DNA of 64,000 nucleotides from Balanoglossus misakiensis (taxonomy: Eukaryota > Animalia > Hemichordata): contig CM082577.2 of the NCBI GenBank assembly GCA_040954595.2, forward strand, positions 14,949,903 through 15,013,902, in the 5' to 3' direction. How positions within the stretch are numbered: the first letter of the stretch is position 1; each line of letters begins with the position of its first letter. The notes beneath the pieces are model-generated. The model was not told where the DNA came from and did no database searches. It was given only the letters and a program-made list of their open reading frames with translations. Both the position numbers and the translations under genes were made by a program. This document shows positions 48,901 through 62,557 of this stretch, in pieces.

Positions 48901-51900
48901 GTATTTTTCTCGGTTATAAGCCCACCTGTGCACTATCTAAACAATATCACTGCATACCTCGACATCCACGTAGGTGTCAGAGAGCACATCTGTGAAGAGA
49001 GCTGCCGCAGAAGGAAGTTGAAAACTACCCACAGATCCCACTAGTTCCCTCTGCTGGAAGTTTTCTGGCTCGTCCCTGTGAAGTTCCACGGTGAGGAACT
49101 CTGAGGGTAAGATGATGGACGGCTCTCCAACCACTTGAGTTGATCGCACGGTTTGACTGACGACGTCTATGATGCTCATTCCCAAAGTGCTAATTACACG
49201 AGCCTGTAGAAAGATTCCATTAAATTAGGTCACTAGATTTGTTTCTGTTTTCCTTTTAAATGGACAGTAGTTGTATCTTTTGGCCGTATTTTACTTTTGT
49301 TTGCTCTATGTATACAATTTATTGTTCTACTCGAAAGAGTATTGCTAATGCCCAGTACTCAGCTTGTAAACATAGCCTGTTTGTAACTGACATTGTTATT
49401 CTTAACAAATTATTTCTGGTCTGGAAATGCTGAATATATACATATACATGTAGTTGTGTTAATAATCTAGATACTGGGCAACTCATTGTGTTTCAGGGAT
49501 TCGAAGAAGAAACTGCAGTAGATACACAAAACAAAACATACTGAAACATTGTGAATAGTTAAGAAAATGGAGCTTTAATCAAAGATAATTCACTTGAATT
49601 TTTGTACATGTTTATAAGAGTCATCGTATTCATTTCGAATTAAAGGGACAAGGTCTCTCGCTGCCCTTTTTTCCATTAATTATGTTTGATACAAGACAAC
49701 GTTTATGTTATTCTACAAGTGGATATATAGTGAATCAAGAACGTTCAACAACACAAACCTTCCATGCCACTTGTAGACACGAGAGTGAAAAAAAATCGCA
49801 AATATGAATTATCGGTGTTTACCATTTATTCATTTTGGCGAGATTTTTATTCTCATATCCAGTAAACGGGATGGAAGTTGTGTGTGGTCGAACGTTGATT
49901 CACTATATATCCACGTGGACATTAACATAAACGGTGTCTTGTATCAAACATAATTAATGGAAAAGGGGCAGCGAGAGAGAAAGAATTTCTCCCTTTAAGA
50001 TGCCCTTGCGCCCAGAACTGGTCGATAGAAAATAGTCGTATTCAAAACCGAGCATCGGCTTCACGTACCTGTGTCTGTTCGATGTAACTCAAACTATTTC
50101 AAATAAAAAAATAACTCTCCGATTTATTTTGAATGTTCAAGTGAGATGGTGGAATAGCGCAGTGGGGCTTCAAAGAATATGAAATGCTTACCGCCGTCTC
50201 TGCAAAATCGACCTGTTGTTCTTTGATCAAAGCCTGCTGCGTTTCATACTCTTCTATTTCTTCGGGTGAAGGGTCATCACCATAGTAATTGGGGAACTCT
50301 GGTGGCTCAGTCGGTTCTGGTTCCACTTCTTCCTCGTCTACAACCACGGCACTCTTGATAATGTTGCCTATGCCCTCTATCAGTGCTGTAAAGGAATAAC
50401 ATGAACATAGCTGTGATAAGTGCTGAATTGGCAAGTTCTGGAAGCTGTATTCACTTTCTTTGAAACGACAAACAAATACGCCTTTTTCATAAAGAGGGCG
50501 CCCGTCCAAATCATGGCGTCATGCCCAACTTTGCATCCAGTGAAAGAAACTTGCGCTGTATTTGTCAACGCCTGCAAACATCGACTTGGCGGTAAGACTA
50601 ATACATGTATTGATGACTTACGCACGTATTGCTTTTATTGTTCGAGTGTCTGTTCCAAATACCTTGTTTACGCCACAGTGTTTGATGATTAAATTCGACT
50701 TGCAAAGAAAATATATCTATGACAAATATTGATTACAGTTGCGTTGATCAGAACAGACACTGACTTGGACCCATATTGCGTTTTTTTCAGTTAAAAACAC
50801 AACTCCTGTTGAACTCCTATAGTGACTTGAAACTTGTTAGATATTCTTACATGTTGCTGTATTCAACATTTCTTCTCGGCTTTGGTCTGTAATGTCCTGT
50901 AACTGATTTGCCATGAACACCATAGCCAGCGCGGCTCGTACCTGAGTAGAAGAAACCAAAGAGTCTCATGTATACGGGACGAATAATGGATTAGAAGTAC
51001 ATTGGACCACCGTGATTCAAACGACCTGACCGCCAGTCACTGACCGGCATTCTTGAACTAGGCCAGAGCAAACAAATGGCTACCAATCAGTTATATTCAC
51101 CCTGCGACAAAGAAAATTCCCACACGCCTATGTGGTGGTCACATTTGTCGAGCGCATATACAAATAAGTGCACGAATGAAATTCGTGTGGTTATTAACAA
51201 TGGTTTTCGGGATTTGTTTAAATATTAAACGGCGACTAAGTATTAGTGATGCCTTTGTATCGAATCGCATAATGACTTGGGAGAAGACAGCGCAATTTAC
51301 AGACAGGCTTCTACATCAATTGACTCAAAGTGCTAATTCTCTGATATGCGCCGCCATGTTGGATTTTGTCGGTTACTATACCCAATTTGTATATTTTCTC
51401 GTTTCTGCCAATTTTCGACCGAGACAATGATTGGTTACTCACAAGTGCATCGTCGCCCGAGGAGCCTGGGCCAGTCAGATCAGCAAGAGCGGCAGACGAC
51501 ATCAACAAGGCGTCGATGGTGTTGGCCCAAAGACAAACTTCTGACAGTGACAACAATAGATGACTTCGAAGCTGAAAGTGAACGGAAACGCCACGAATTT
51601 GTCAACAGTAGCGATTATGGTTTGACCCGTGTGAAGTCCATCCCCGAGGTGCAAACGTACTATAGTTAGGCAAATCATAGACCCTAGAATCTATTGGCAA
51701 ATCTGTCGTGACGAAAGTGTTCTGCCTACGTATTGTCCGGCACAACATATCACAGAACATGGGGTGTCTGTGACAATACCATTCACAGATTCACGCGGGA
51801 CGATTTTGCCGATATAAATTTCGATGACCGAAAAAATACTAAAAAAATGAAGGGGTAAAAAAACGAGTTCTCGTCAAAAAAATGCAATTCATCGAGTCAA

Positions 51901-54900
51901 AATAATTGTTCAAATCCAAAGTAACAAAGTAAGATACTTTTAGTAGACAAAAATGTATGATGCAAGAAACGAGAAAATAGATGAATATATAATTTAAAAT
52001 CGAAAATTAAGAAGAGAAAAAAGAGATACACGTAGAAGTGACTGCGAAAAGTTTGAATGGAAATGACGCCTCGGCGAATGTTACAGATTGTCGACGTAGT
52101 ATGGAATAGTATGAAGTATGCAGTATGGGTCTCTAGATGGAACAACGGAAAAAGAAATGTAACAATCTGTGTCAGATAAATTCGGACTGTAGTTAGGTTT
52201 GTACGTACAATCCAGTATAAAGAAATAACTGCATTCTGTTGGTGAATAAATTCTGAATTTCGATGAGTTTTTTTCCGATTGCCCTCTCTACAGACCAACG
52301 CTCGGAGAATCGTTAGAAATAGAAATAGTTGGCTTTCCTTTTGGGACAGCAGGGATACAAGTTACAACGCTAGCTTGATTTAATTCTTTGAGCGGCCAAT
52401 TTAAAAAAAGGAAAGAAGAAAGCGCGTGTAAAAGACTGATTGGAGCAGGAAGATAATACATATAGTTTAAAAAAACATTGCCATCCGTTACCTGGCATTC
52501 CGAAGAACAACATTGGCTATGCGGAAAACATATAAAATGTGGCTGTTTGGGCTGTTTATGTGCAATATTCAAAAGAAAAAAATATATATATTTGTCAAGT
52601 TAAAAAGCTATGTGTTAGTTGATATTCTTTAATTTACGGGTTAGTCAGGGCGTCTTACCACAGGACAGTGAATAATAGCTTGTTGAAATAACATTAAGCA
52701 CAAGTCATTATGATTGGCTGAACCCAGCTTGATTAATGCCTTTATGAGATCATCTTATATGCATAAATTACGAGTTGGTGTGATGCCCAGCACGGTGTCT
52801 TTTTCTTACTTGCGGCAGGCGGAGCTAGGCGATGCAAATATATTTTGTTGTATGCGCAGTGAGCGACTATAGGTGATACGCCAAGCAACTGGTGGACAAA
52901 TGGCTTCGTTACCTCTCCCTTCGAATCCTCATTGTTGTTTGACGGGTCGCCGGACTCAGTACTATTGACATTCTATCACAGGTGGCCGCATATGAACACA
53001 AAAAACTCGTGTCATGTAATAATGGCGGCAGTCGTGTCAATGATGGTGACAGAAAATTGTGACAGACAACACGACGCATAGTGGTTGAGAAATTAAGGAC
53101 AAACAACCGACATGTCGCCATGAAAAGACAGAAAGGGTGAGTGATTGAATTATGAATTGAGATGAAGAAATATCCTGAATGAGTTGAATGTGGGGCATGG
53201 ACTGAAAACCCTTTATCACCAATGACGGTTCCATCAAACATCCTAAACTATTCTTCAGGGACTCACTTAATGTTAAAGTGTATATCATAGCACTGTGCAA
53301 TGGAACACAGTTCCAATATCTTTTGAAACTGGGATATCGGACGGCACTGGACCAGAAAGAAATCTAAAGACTCATTACTTTCAATATGAGTATATTAAAA
53401 TGATAATGGAAGACATTAGATCAAATATACGTACCTGCTGATCGTCTGGATAAAGTGACAATAAAGCCATTATTAATTGAGTTGCTCCTTGAAAATCTCC
53501 CGCTTGCATCAATTGCTCAAGTCTACTATTTTCTCCAGTAACTAACTGTTCCACGAGCAGGTCGCTTTCCCCTGGTGAGATTTCGATTTCTGTCACCTAG
53601 TGGCAACGAATAGGTCATTCTGTTAGCATCGATTCAAGAGAAGAAAACGTTGTCGCGCTTCGACCATTCATCAGAACACACAAACCACAAACTTACCCGG
53701 AGTGAAAGTTCGAACACTGCATAGGCGCCATACTTGTCGATGACGTGGACAATGACGTCATAGGCGTAATCTAAGTCGGCCGGGCCCGCGGCAAATATGA
53801 GCGTGTTCTCGCTGGGATCGCTGCCGTAGTAAATTTGCGACAAACTGCCATCCTTGTTGCCATAGAGAATGCGGTACTTGAGATGGTCATCTGTCAGAGA
53901 GCCTTCGTTTCTTTCCACGTCGTGTCCTTCGTCCAGCCAATTTTCACAGGTGACAAGAAACTCCGTCTGTATCGCAGTGCCTGTATTAAATACATGACGT
54001 ATAGTTTGAACACATGACAGTGACAATGGTAAAGGCGATATAAGCATTTCATTTTTGAGGAAGGGGATGTCTTAATACTGAAACAAATAAAGCGACGCTA
54101 CTACTGGATGTCATTTTATCGAAATGATTTACTTTGGCGTGCTTAGTCATTCTAACGTAGGCCTGCATCAATTTAGACATACCAATTGGATTAGCATTGG
54201 CCAATTTCATATCTCGTATGTTTAAGAGCAAATCACATGTTTAGTCGCATAGCTGCAGTTATGGCGTTTAGAGAAACAGAACGAACGGCTCCGTCACTCT
54301 CCAATGTTGCAGTTCCAGAAAGCGTATCACCATCCCACAAATTATTCCCCTTTCCTCGTCACAGTTGATCAGTGAATGTAATTTTCACTGAATTGGAAGG
54401 CGTACCTGTTGTCGGGGATATCTGGCAAACACCGTTGTACGGAGGCAAGTTGGTGATGAACTCGATGAATGAATAGCCTGTGGCGTAACCTTGGCGACTT
54501 CCGTACAGTCCGAGACGAAATTTACGGCCGGCTTCGAGAGAGTTTGGCAAGAAGCTGATCCCAGTCTTCTGGATACCTAAATGGATCAGTTGAATAATTT
54601 AAAAGAAATCAAAATTGTGTATAATTGCATGAAAATGCTTCGACTATTTAAATGGCGATGATCGTCTTATGCGCATGTGCATACAACCAATCCAAAATGT
54701 ATGCAAATTTTGCGTTCGACACATTCAAAAAGTGGACTACCTTCGCTTCCTTCCATAATTCATGCGCACCGTACAAATATACTTTAGTTTTGTCCCTTCT
54801 TTTCCCCCAAATTGCTGTCTTTTCCCGATCTCCGACACAGACTATGGTCACCACTATCTTGTCTGTTGTAGGTACAGCACACTGCCTTATGGCATTGACT

Positions 54901-57900
54901 CTATACACTTTTTGTAACCATAGTCTCTGGTTTGGTACTGGAGCACAAGACGATCGCGCCCTTTAAGAGTAATCACGAAGTCAGGGCACTATTAGTGCCG
55001 ACACCATATACATCTACGGACAGAAATGTGTCCACTGGACAAAAGTAACGGTAAACTGAAGCTTGCCCTCTATGTACATTTTACAGAAATATCCAAATAC
55101 ACAACATATGTTAATGTTATGAAATACTAGTACCCCATTAATGGTTCGTGCACAGAGTACGCAAAAAATGTAAATTACCTGTAGATGTCGAGTCCTGGAA
55201 GTTGGGAACAGGGTAATAGTTGCCATCATTCTCATCGCGAACATGTAAGGACCATTGGTAAGACAACCTGACGCCTTGTGAACAACTCAAGCATTCGCCT
55301 TGATAAGACAATGTACCAGTCGGGTTGACTTTGCCTCCACAGTTCGTCTTGCAGCTAAAACACAAATGATAATCTTGAAATTCTATGTGCATTTTCATAA
55401 ATGACAAGGAATATTATGTTGTCCAATCAATCGCGTTGTATCATTGGCATTTAAGAAAAAAATATGTTAACTATTCTTGCGATTTCTAAGTAAAAGGTTC
55501 GCTGCTATTAGTAATTACACTTATATCAGAATGGGATAAGCTTGAGTCGTGTTTTGGAAAGGGGCTTTACAATGGAAAAGCGTAAATCGAGTTCAGAGGG
55601 AGGATGATTTTTGTTTCAGCTGGAGCTTGTGTGTTCACTGCCCGAGTTGTTTTCCGATCGCACTTCAAAATGAAACAGTACAACTAGTTCCTGCAAGAGT
55701 GCTTAATTCGCCGGGACATCTGCAAATAGGGCGTTGTGAAGTGAAATCAGGCAATTCCATTTTTATCTATTACAGGACGCAATGACATGAATCAAAGGTC
55801 TGACAACATTTATGATTTGGATATGTAGGTCTTTTATACTGTTGAAATTAACAACTTCTACTCTTAGACTACTAACGTGATCGATTGGCTGCGTACGTGT
55901 TTTATAAAAACAGGTTGACATGAAGTACAGACATGTCCAGCTGACCAACTTTCTGACGGAGAACTTCAAATGTAATGAACCCAAGTCATCACTCGGTCAA
56001 TTTTCTTTTCCCTGCAATTTACCGTTTGTAAGTAAATTTATATTATGTCTGATTCATGTAATTGCTAAAATCCGTATTGTATACTAGTAATCCGTCAGCA
56101 TCATACATAGCACATACAACAGAGCATAAATCTCACCTTACAGAAATAGACGGTGGCATTCCCTCCACAAGTTCAATTTCTTGGTCAAAATCACCTTGAC
56201 GTTCATTCGCTGACACAACTACCTTGAAGATATACGTAGTATTGACATGCATTAGTAGTGTGTCAAAGGAGATGATTCCATTGTGGTAGTCAATTCGACC
56301 AGGGCCGTGGCTGAAACACCCGCCGTTATCAACGTCAGGTTCAGGCGTTGGAACTGTTTCGTCTAAGTCATTCCCCACCATCGGGAAAGTTTCTCCTTCC
56401 CGTCGACAAAACCACACGAACTGCAAACCGCTTTTATCCGCCGGGTTTTCTGCATCGGGGTCAAAGGTGAGCGTCAGGGCATCGAGTTCAAGAGCGGAGC
56501 CGTATCCGACGGGCCGTCCGCTGCCACCAACGATGCTGACGCTGAGAGGAGAGGAGGCGAGCAGAAGATAAGCAACACTTTCGCCTGCAGTGTTGTATTC
56601 TCCCACCATGGAAACCGTGAGATGAACTTTGTATATGGCTGTTGGAAGACATCTTGCCACAATAACCAGCTCGGTACCATTGTCTTGAAGAGCGAGGCCA
56701 ATATCATTACCCAGGTCGTCGATCTCATACAAACTCCAAGTGAAATTGGTAATCGACGTCTTCATGCAGTCCAGAGTGACCAGTGACCTGACGACGATAG
56801 TTTGTGATCTTTGTTCTACTCTGGGATTTTGAAAAGTTTCACCGCCGTCTTTGATTGCGACGCTGGGAGCATTACAAGGTAGACCATCGACATCTATGGC
56901 CAAAGACACCGACGGGCTTGATACAAAGTTTTCAGCGGTGACAGTAACAGCGTATATGCCGCCACTCCCGAAGGAGTGTTGACATTGCAGTTGGTTTCCG
57001 TAGCCATCTTGCTTATCAAAACTGGCGTACGTGCTCATCTGCATACAGTAATAGGGACCAACAACCAATTTTGTCGAGCCGTCATTGAAATCCCAGAGAG
57101 AGCAAGCGTGGAGGTAGTCATTGCCCATGTTGAGGGTAAAGTTGACGACTTCATTGACCATAGGTTCATAGTTGGTAGCGGTTACTTGCAGAGTTTCTGG
57201 GACTGGCTCAATCAAATAGACCGTCCTTTCCTTGATCTGAGTGTTGACCGCATTTTCGACAGTGAGTCTGACGGAGTACGATCCTGGGTTCTCATAGACG
57301 TGCGATGTTGTATTTCCGGTTCCGGTGGTGCCATCTCCGAACAGCCAGCTGTATGTTAGATTGCTGCCGCTGAACATATTGGCGGTAAACTGTGTCACGT
57401 TCGCGAATGGAACGTGGTTTCTGAATGGGCCGTATGCTATATGATAGGTGTCGTTGGTTGGCCAGAATCCAATGATGAGGCCGATGACTCTGATGTCTTC
57501 ATAGACCTCAACCACCACAGAATAACTGGCATAAGAAACCATATTCCATATATTGACTTGAACGTCGTAGGAACCAATACTGGTGTAATTATGCACAAAT
57601 ATGTTGGTTTCGGTCAGGGTCACCTCTTCTGCCGGAATGAAAGTACCATCCCCAAAATACCATTCGATGGTGGGTGCACTTGGAGGACCGAACAAGGGCA
57701 CGGTGTTTAGCTGAAATGTGACTAGAGCCACGTCATCTACAATTATCACTGGGGATTCCGGTGTTAACACCAAGTGGTACGTGTCCTCTTGAACAGTGAT
57801 CGCAAAGGGTAACATGGCGGTTACCGAGCTGTACACGTTGAAGGCAGTAACGTTAGGCGTGAATTGTCCCGCTTCTCCCCAACAGTGTGTGAAAATGATG

Positions 57901-60900
57901 ACGTCACCCGCGTCCGAAGTGGCAGTAGCACTTTCGCCGTCTCCAAAATCGATATTGATAGTAACATGAGTGCCGTTGATGACGGTGGCATTGATGTCCG
58001 TGCAGTTGCCGGTGTCTGCCAGATTTGTGGCTGTGCTAACCACAACATCATCGATCCTGTTAAGTACCATCATTTCCGTAGTAAATGCCATCGAACTGAC
58101 CAAATTAAAACAGTTGACGGACACAGTGAACGTGCCTGCCACATTGTACCAATGCGAAAGTAGCACTGGCACCGTTAATGTGATTGGGACATTGTTCATA
58201 GATAACATGGGCGATCCATCTCCGAAATCAACTTCCACTGTCATATCGTCAGGTGGCTGTACTCCAGAATCGAGAGTGACCATGAAAAACGCTTCATCGG
58301 GACTGCGAATTGTGTCGTTCAATTTGGCGAACTGAAGCCCTTGAACCGGATAAATGATTATTACCTTTCTGCTTATGGTTTCAACGTCGATGAGGTTTTC
58401 AGCGCTACCAGTTATAGAATACTCGCCAATTTCAGTGTATGTATGCTCGACGGTAAACTCCCTTGCTTTGTTCTTGTACACAGACTCGACACCTCCGTCG
58501 CCGAAGTCTAACTCAAACGTGATCTTAGATCCAGCGCTCACTTTCAGCTGAAAAGTCATCGTCATGTTAATACCTCCAGTGACATTCTCAGCGTATCCTG
58601 CCGTGTCTAACACCATACGCAAGTCGCGAATTGGAATGACCACGGCAATCTCAAAGACGGCCGATTCGTTGTTCATCTGGTTTTTGACCATGACGCTGCA
58701 GGTGTAGTTTCCCGATTCCGCGTACTGGTAGTCGATTGTCGGGAAGCGCCACTCCATGGCGCCCGTGTCGTCGCCGAAATCAAAATAATACAGGACGTGA
58801 TCGCCGCTTGTCTTGGTCGCCGTTAGAGTGATGGAATTGGCCCTAGAGTCCAGCTCTGCTGAAAGTGAGACTCCACTAACAGGTTCTGTGGCTATCTGTC
58901 TTTCATGCACTGAGATGAGGTGAGTTGTGGAGAAGATGGAATTTTTCTCACTGCCGCCACAAAATGTGCTGGTGTCGTTCGCGCACTGGATATTACATTC
59001 AGTGTCACTCAGCTGAGTATTTGACCCATAGTCGTTGCCACAGAAACACTGACTGCCTTCCCTGAGCGCGGCAAATTTATAATTGTCGTATCGGCAACTA
59101 TGGCGGCACGTTTCAGGGGTGATAGCCTGTATGTAGGTCGGTGAAATGGAAAATTCAGGAAATGCGATGTTTTCCGCGTAACACCCAATATAGTGAGTCT
59201 CAACGTAGCCTTCAATTGAGGAGAAAAGACGCTGTTGTTAGTTCACAAGAGAAATATTATGGAGTTTGTTAGGGAAACAAAAACTATTGTTATAGAAACG
59301 GGTTAAAACATGTATCCTCTAGTCGAACCATAGAAATCGGAGGGTCTGGCCAACGTTTATACGATGGAAAGCTTTGTGAATCAAGTAAGTCATATATTTT
59401 CGCGACACGATCCCATATGGCTGGCAGATTGTAATAGCGGTATATGGTGGTTTGCATATAAATATGGGGTTTGAAAACAATCGTGATGAGGGCCTTTTAT
59501 CTGTCTGCGTGAAAAAGGCGTCGAATACTATTTAGAACGTCTCTTTTTTTACCTAATAGGTCAGGTGGATTAAAGTGTCGAGAATTATAATAATAATACG
59601 TAAAAAAACTAAATCATGTTTGTTTTATCATCAATAAAATACATTTAACTCAATTAGTATTAATTTTGACATGAAAATTAAAGAAAACGTCTGTTCGAAC
59701 AGAAAAAAACATCTACTTCTTCTACACTTACCTCTAATGTATTCATGTGTAATTGTATCTATGTCGATTAGATCGTCCCAGAACTTGAGATCGTCCAAGA
59801 GGAACTTGCCATATGTTGCTGTAAATCGGTCATTAGCCTGGCCAACATAGAAATCGGGATAGGGCTCTACTGCATCAAGAGGTTCCAAGTAAGGTCTGGT
59901 CGTCCCCTCCACATCGTAACCGGCACATGCGCCGTCGATGTACACGTGGATACCCGTGACTATGGACCAGGTGAACGTCACGTGACTCCATATGTTGATT
60001 TCCAACTCGAACACCAGGGACCATTTACTGGATTCAAACGCTGCCCCAACCTCGAAGACATTTTGAGGTCCCGCGGAGCTGTTGGCGTTCAAACGAAAAT
60101 AAAAGCCGTTAGAGGAGCATCGATGGCCCCCTCGCGACAAAATATACAGATCGCTGTCTTTACCACTGATGTTCAGGGATGGAGACATCCACGTGGATAC
60201 CGTCAGGCCGCTGTCACAGTAAGACATGTCTTTGATGCACCAATCGCTATCGTGTTTGAGGGCGATCTTCTGTCCGTTGCCGTCAAGATGGACAGCCTCG
60301 TCCACAACACCAGGCACGATGTCTTCTTGATAAAGTTTGTATGCTGTGCCAATGTTGGTGTCTGGTGTGTAACCTTCAATGGTTCTGTTGTCCGCCGACA
60401 GAGAGTCCATCGTCCAATGGAAAAACTCAACATTAATCTCATCTGACAAGAAAGAAAAAGGATGGAAATTTGTTTTCAGTTATAGTGAGGTTGTACATGA
60501 AATTTAGGAGTGTGTTTTGATTCGTCGTCTGTTCTCGGTGTGGCAAATTTTATTGGCGTCTGTCTTTTATTTTGAAATTATTTTTTTACAAAGCTTGGCT
60601 GCAATGCCACGTTGAACCCATGGGGGAGAAGTGTTACTAGCGAGAGAGGTTTACTCCAGTTTTACATCCTAACATTTCTGTATGAATCGTGAATCTCTAA
60701 AATTCCATTCAACAGCATTCCTATACGCTGTACGCTATATTTTATTTCAGTACACTGAACTAATACTGGTTCAACACAACACAACACAACACAACACAAC
60801 ACAACACAACACAACACAACACAACACAACACAACACAACACACTACAACACAACACAACACAACACAACACAACACAACCCCTCACAACACAACACAAC

Positions 60901-62557
60901 ACACCACAACACTACAACACAGTACAACACAACACAACACAACACACCACACCACACCACACCACACCACACCACACCACACCACACCACACCACACCAC
61001 ACCACACCACAACACAACACAACACAACACAACACACCACACCACACCACACCACACCACACCACACCACACCACACCACACCACACCACACCACACCAC
61101 ACCACAACACAACACAACACACCCCACCACACCACACCACACCACACCACAACACAACACAACACAACACAACACAACACAACACACCCCACCACACCAC
61201 ACCACACCACACCACAACACAACACACCACACCACAACACAACACAACACAACACAACACAACACACCCCACCACACCACACCACACCACACCACACCAC
61301 ACCACACCACACCACACCACACCACAACACAACACAACACAACACAACACAACACACCACACCACACCACACCACACCACACCACACCACACCACACCAC
61401 ACCACACCACACCACACCACAACACAACACAACACAACACACCCCACCACACCCCACCACACCCCACCACACCACACCACACCACAACACAACACAACAC
61501 AACACAACACAACACAACACAACACAACACAACACAACACAACATAACACAACACAACACACTACAACACAACACAACACAACACAACCCCTCACAACAC
61601 AACACACCACACCACACCACACCACACCACACCACAACACAACACAACACAACACAACACAACACAACACACCCCACCACACCCCACCACACCACACCAC
61701 AACACAACACAACACAACACAACACAACACAACACAACACACTACAACACAACACAACACAACACAACCCCTCACAACACAACACAACACAACACACCAC
61801 ACCACACCACACCACAACACAACACAACACAACACAACACAACACAACACAACGCAACGCAACACAACACAACACAACACAACACAACACAACCACTCTT
61901 GCTAATAGATCATGACAATAGTCTCACCATAGACATATGCAAAAAGGTAAATATCAGTCTCTGACACAGTTTCCTCCACAAATTTAATGTCGTCAATCAG
62001 AAAGCTTGGATTGGTTGAACCAGTGAACGGATCGCGTCCAATGATCAACGACGTAAACCCGTCGCTCGCCAGATTTCCATTTCCGCCATCTTGTCGGTCC
62101 AAAGTACTCCAATGGATACCATTCACATAAACTATGACATTCACGGTGTCCCACGTGAAGGTTATATGCCGCCAGTCGTAGGCACTGGGCGCTTTGGCGC
62201 GAAACGACCATTCCCCGTCGTCTGCCGACAAAAGTGTGAATTCAACAAAAACGCCGTCATACTCGAACCGGAAACCTCTTGACGTGGACGGGTTATCGTA
62301 ATTAGATATGATCACACAATCAGTCTTTGAATGTCGCTGGAACCAAAACGACAGTGTAAAGCCCGTCGGACAGCGTAGGGTGCTTCCGATACAAGCCGTG
62401 TTGTCGAAGTCTGCGGAGAGCCACGCCCCAGTTGCATCCAGAAGTGCCCCTTGCGATTTGCGAGCTGCAGCCAGCTGAACATATCCATGCATCTCCATTG
62501 CAGCGTCACCAACCATGTAGCCGCCAGAAGTCTCATCCATTGGCAAATGGAGACGTT
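38167..62557 (-). CDS. Polycystin-1/PKD1-like (REJ-family) receptor, multi-exon, 5' end not resolved in window
   Basis: Phase-consistent GT-AG exons: 61928-62557, 59732-60442, 56137-59209, 55179-55354, 54406-54576, 53697-53980, 53435-53596, 52913-52972 (tentative), 51443-51571, 50851-50941, 50192-50385, 48958-49203, 47644-48124, 46798-46910, 45613-45840, 44945-45115, 44482-44642, 43142-43856, 42604-42745, 41955-42181, 40666-40837, 39728-40426, 38719-39279, 38167-38396. Total 9827 nt, at least 3274 aa. Domains: LamG-like x2, WSC, PKD repeats, REJ, GPS, PLAT, TM/TOP/channel. Confidence 0.9.
38490..38590. repeat. Polypyrimidine/polypurine low-complexity tract in the last intron
   Basis: CCTCCCTCTCCTCTCCCTCCCTCCCC... 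read directly. Confidence 0.8.
42916..43065. repeat. Compound microsatellite (CAT)n(CAC)n...(GAT)n
   Basis: Read directly; intronic. Confidence 0.95.
43142..46910 (-). CDS. GPS, TM1, PLAT/LH2 and TM2-5 exons of the PKD1-like gene
   Basis: CLFW...W..DGC / THCLCSHLTSF (GPS, HL-T cleavage at ~45787-45795); YEIAVYTG..RGAGTKSKV; LRIWHDDSG..SWYL; FICDKWLAVEYDDG; HLWFSV..RP..S.FTRVQRLTCC. Confidence 0.92.
47053..47279. mobile_element. Intronic TTAA MITE
   Basis: AaGGAAGCcGTCaTCGCgcCGCG / CGCGatGCGAcGACcGCTTCCcT, flanked by TTAA on both sides. Confidence 0.6.
49644..49994. mobile_element. Intronic palindromic TTAA MITE
   Basis: TCTCTCGCTGCCC..TTCCATTAATTATGTTTGATACAAGACA pairs with its reverse complement at ~49935-49978; TTAA flanks at 49640-49643 and 49995-49998. 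Confidence 0.8.
54652..54962. mobile_element. Intronic TTAA MITE
   Basis: GGCG..GATCGTCTT.TGC / GCAcAAGACGATCG.GCC with TTAA flanks. Confidence 0.55.
56137..59209 (-). CDS. 3.07-kb exon: WSC domain, tandem PKD domains and start of REJ
   Basis: YIGCY...TPETCRHSCRYDNYKFAALREGSQCFCG...ECNIQC...FCGG (WSC, upstream of the listed ORF start); repeated (F/W)DFGDG...H.Y...G.Y.V...N.VS; LTFDPD, LQFVWFCRR. Confidence 0.9.
59732..62557 (-). CDS. Two LamG-like/concanavalin-fold exons (59732-60442, 61928-62557)
   Basis: C....C..G.T.S.W, W.H.TFTW...YV/IDG and IDD.KF motifs in both exons; both are phase 1-1. Confidence 0.8.
60771..61893. repeat. Pentanucleotide array (ACAAC/ACCAC variants), intronic
   Basis: Read directly; ~1.1 kb. 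Confidence 0.95.

Noticed and set aside
60682-61905. Long His/Thr-rich and Cys/Val-rich ORFs
   Set aside because: They are artefacts of a stop-free pentamer repeat inside an intron; the same applies to ORFs at 14572-15011 and 42882-43103.
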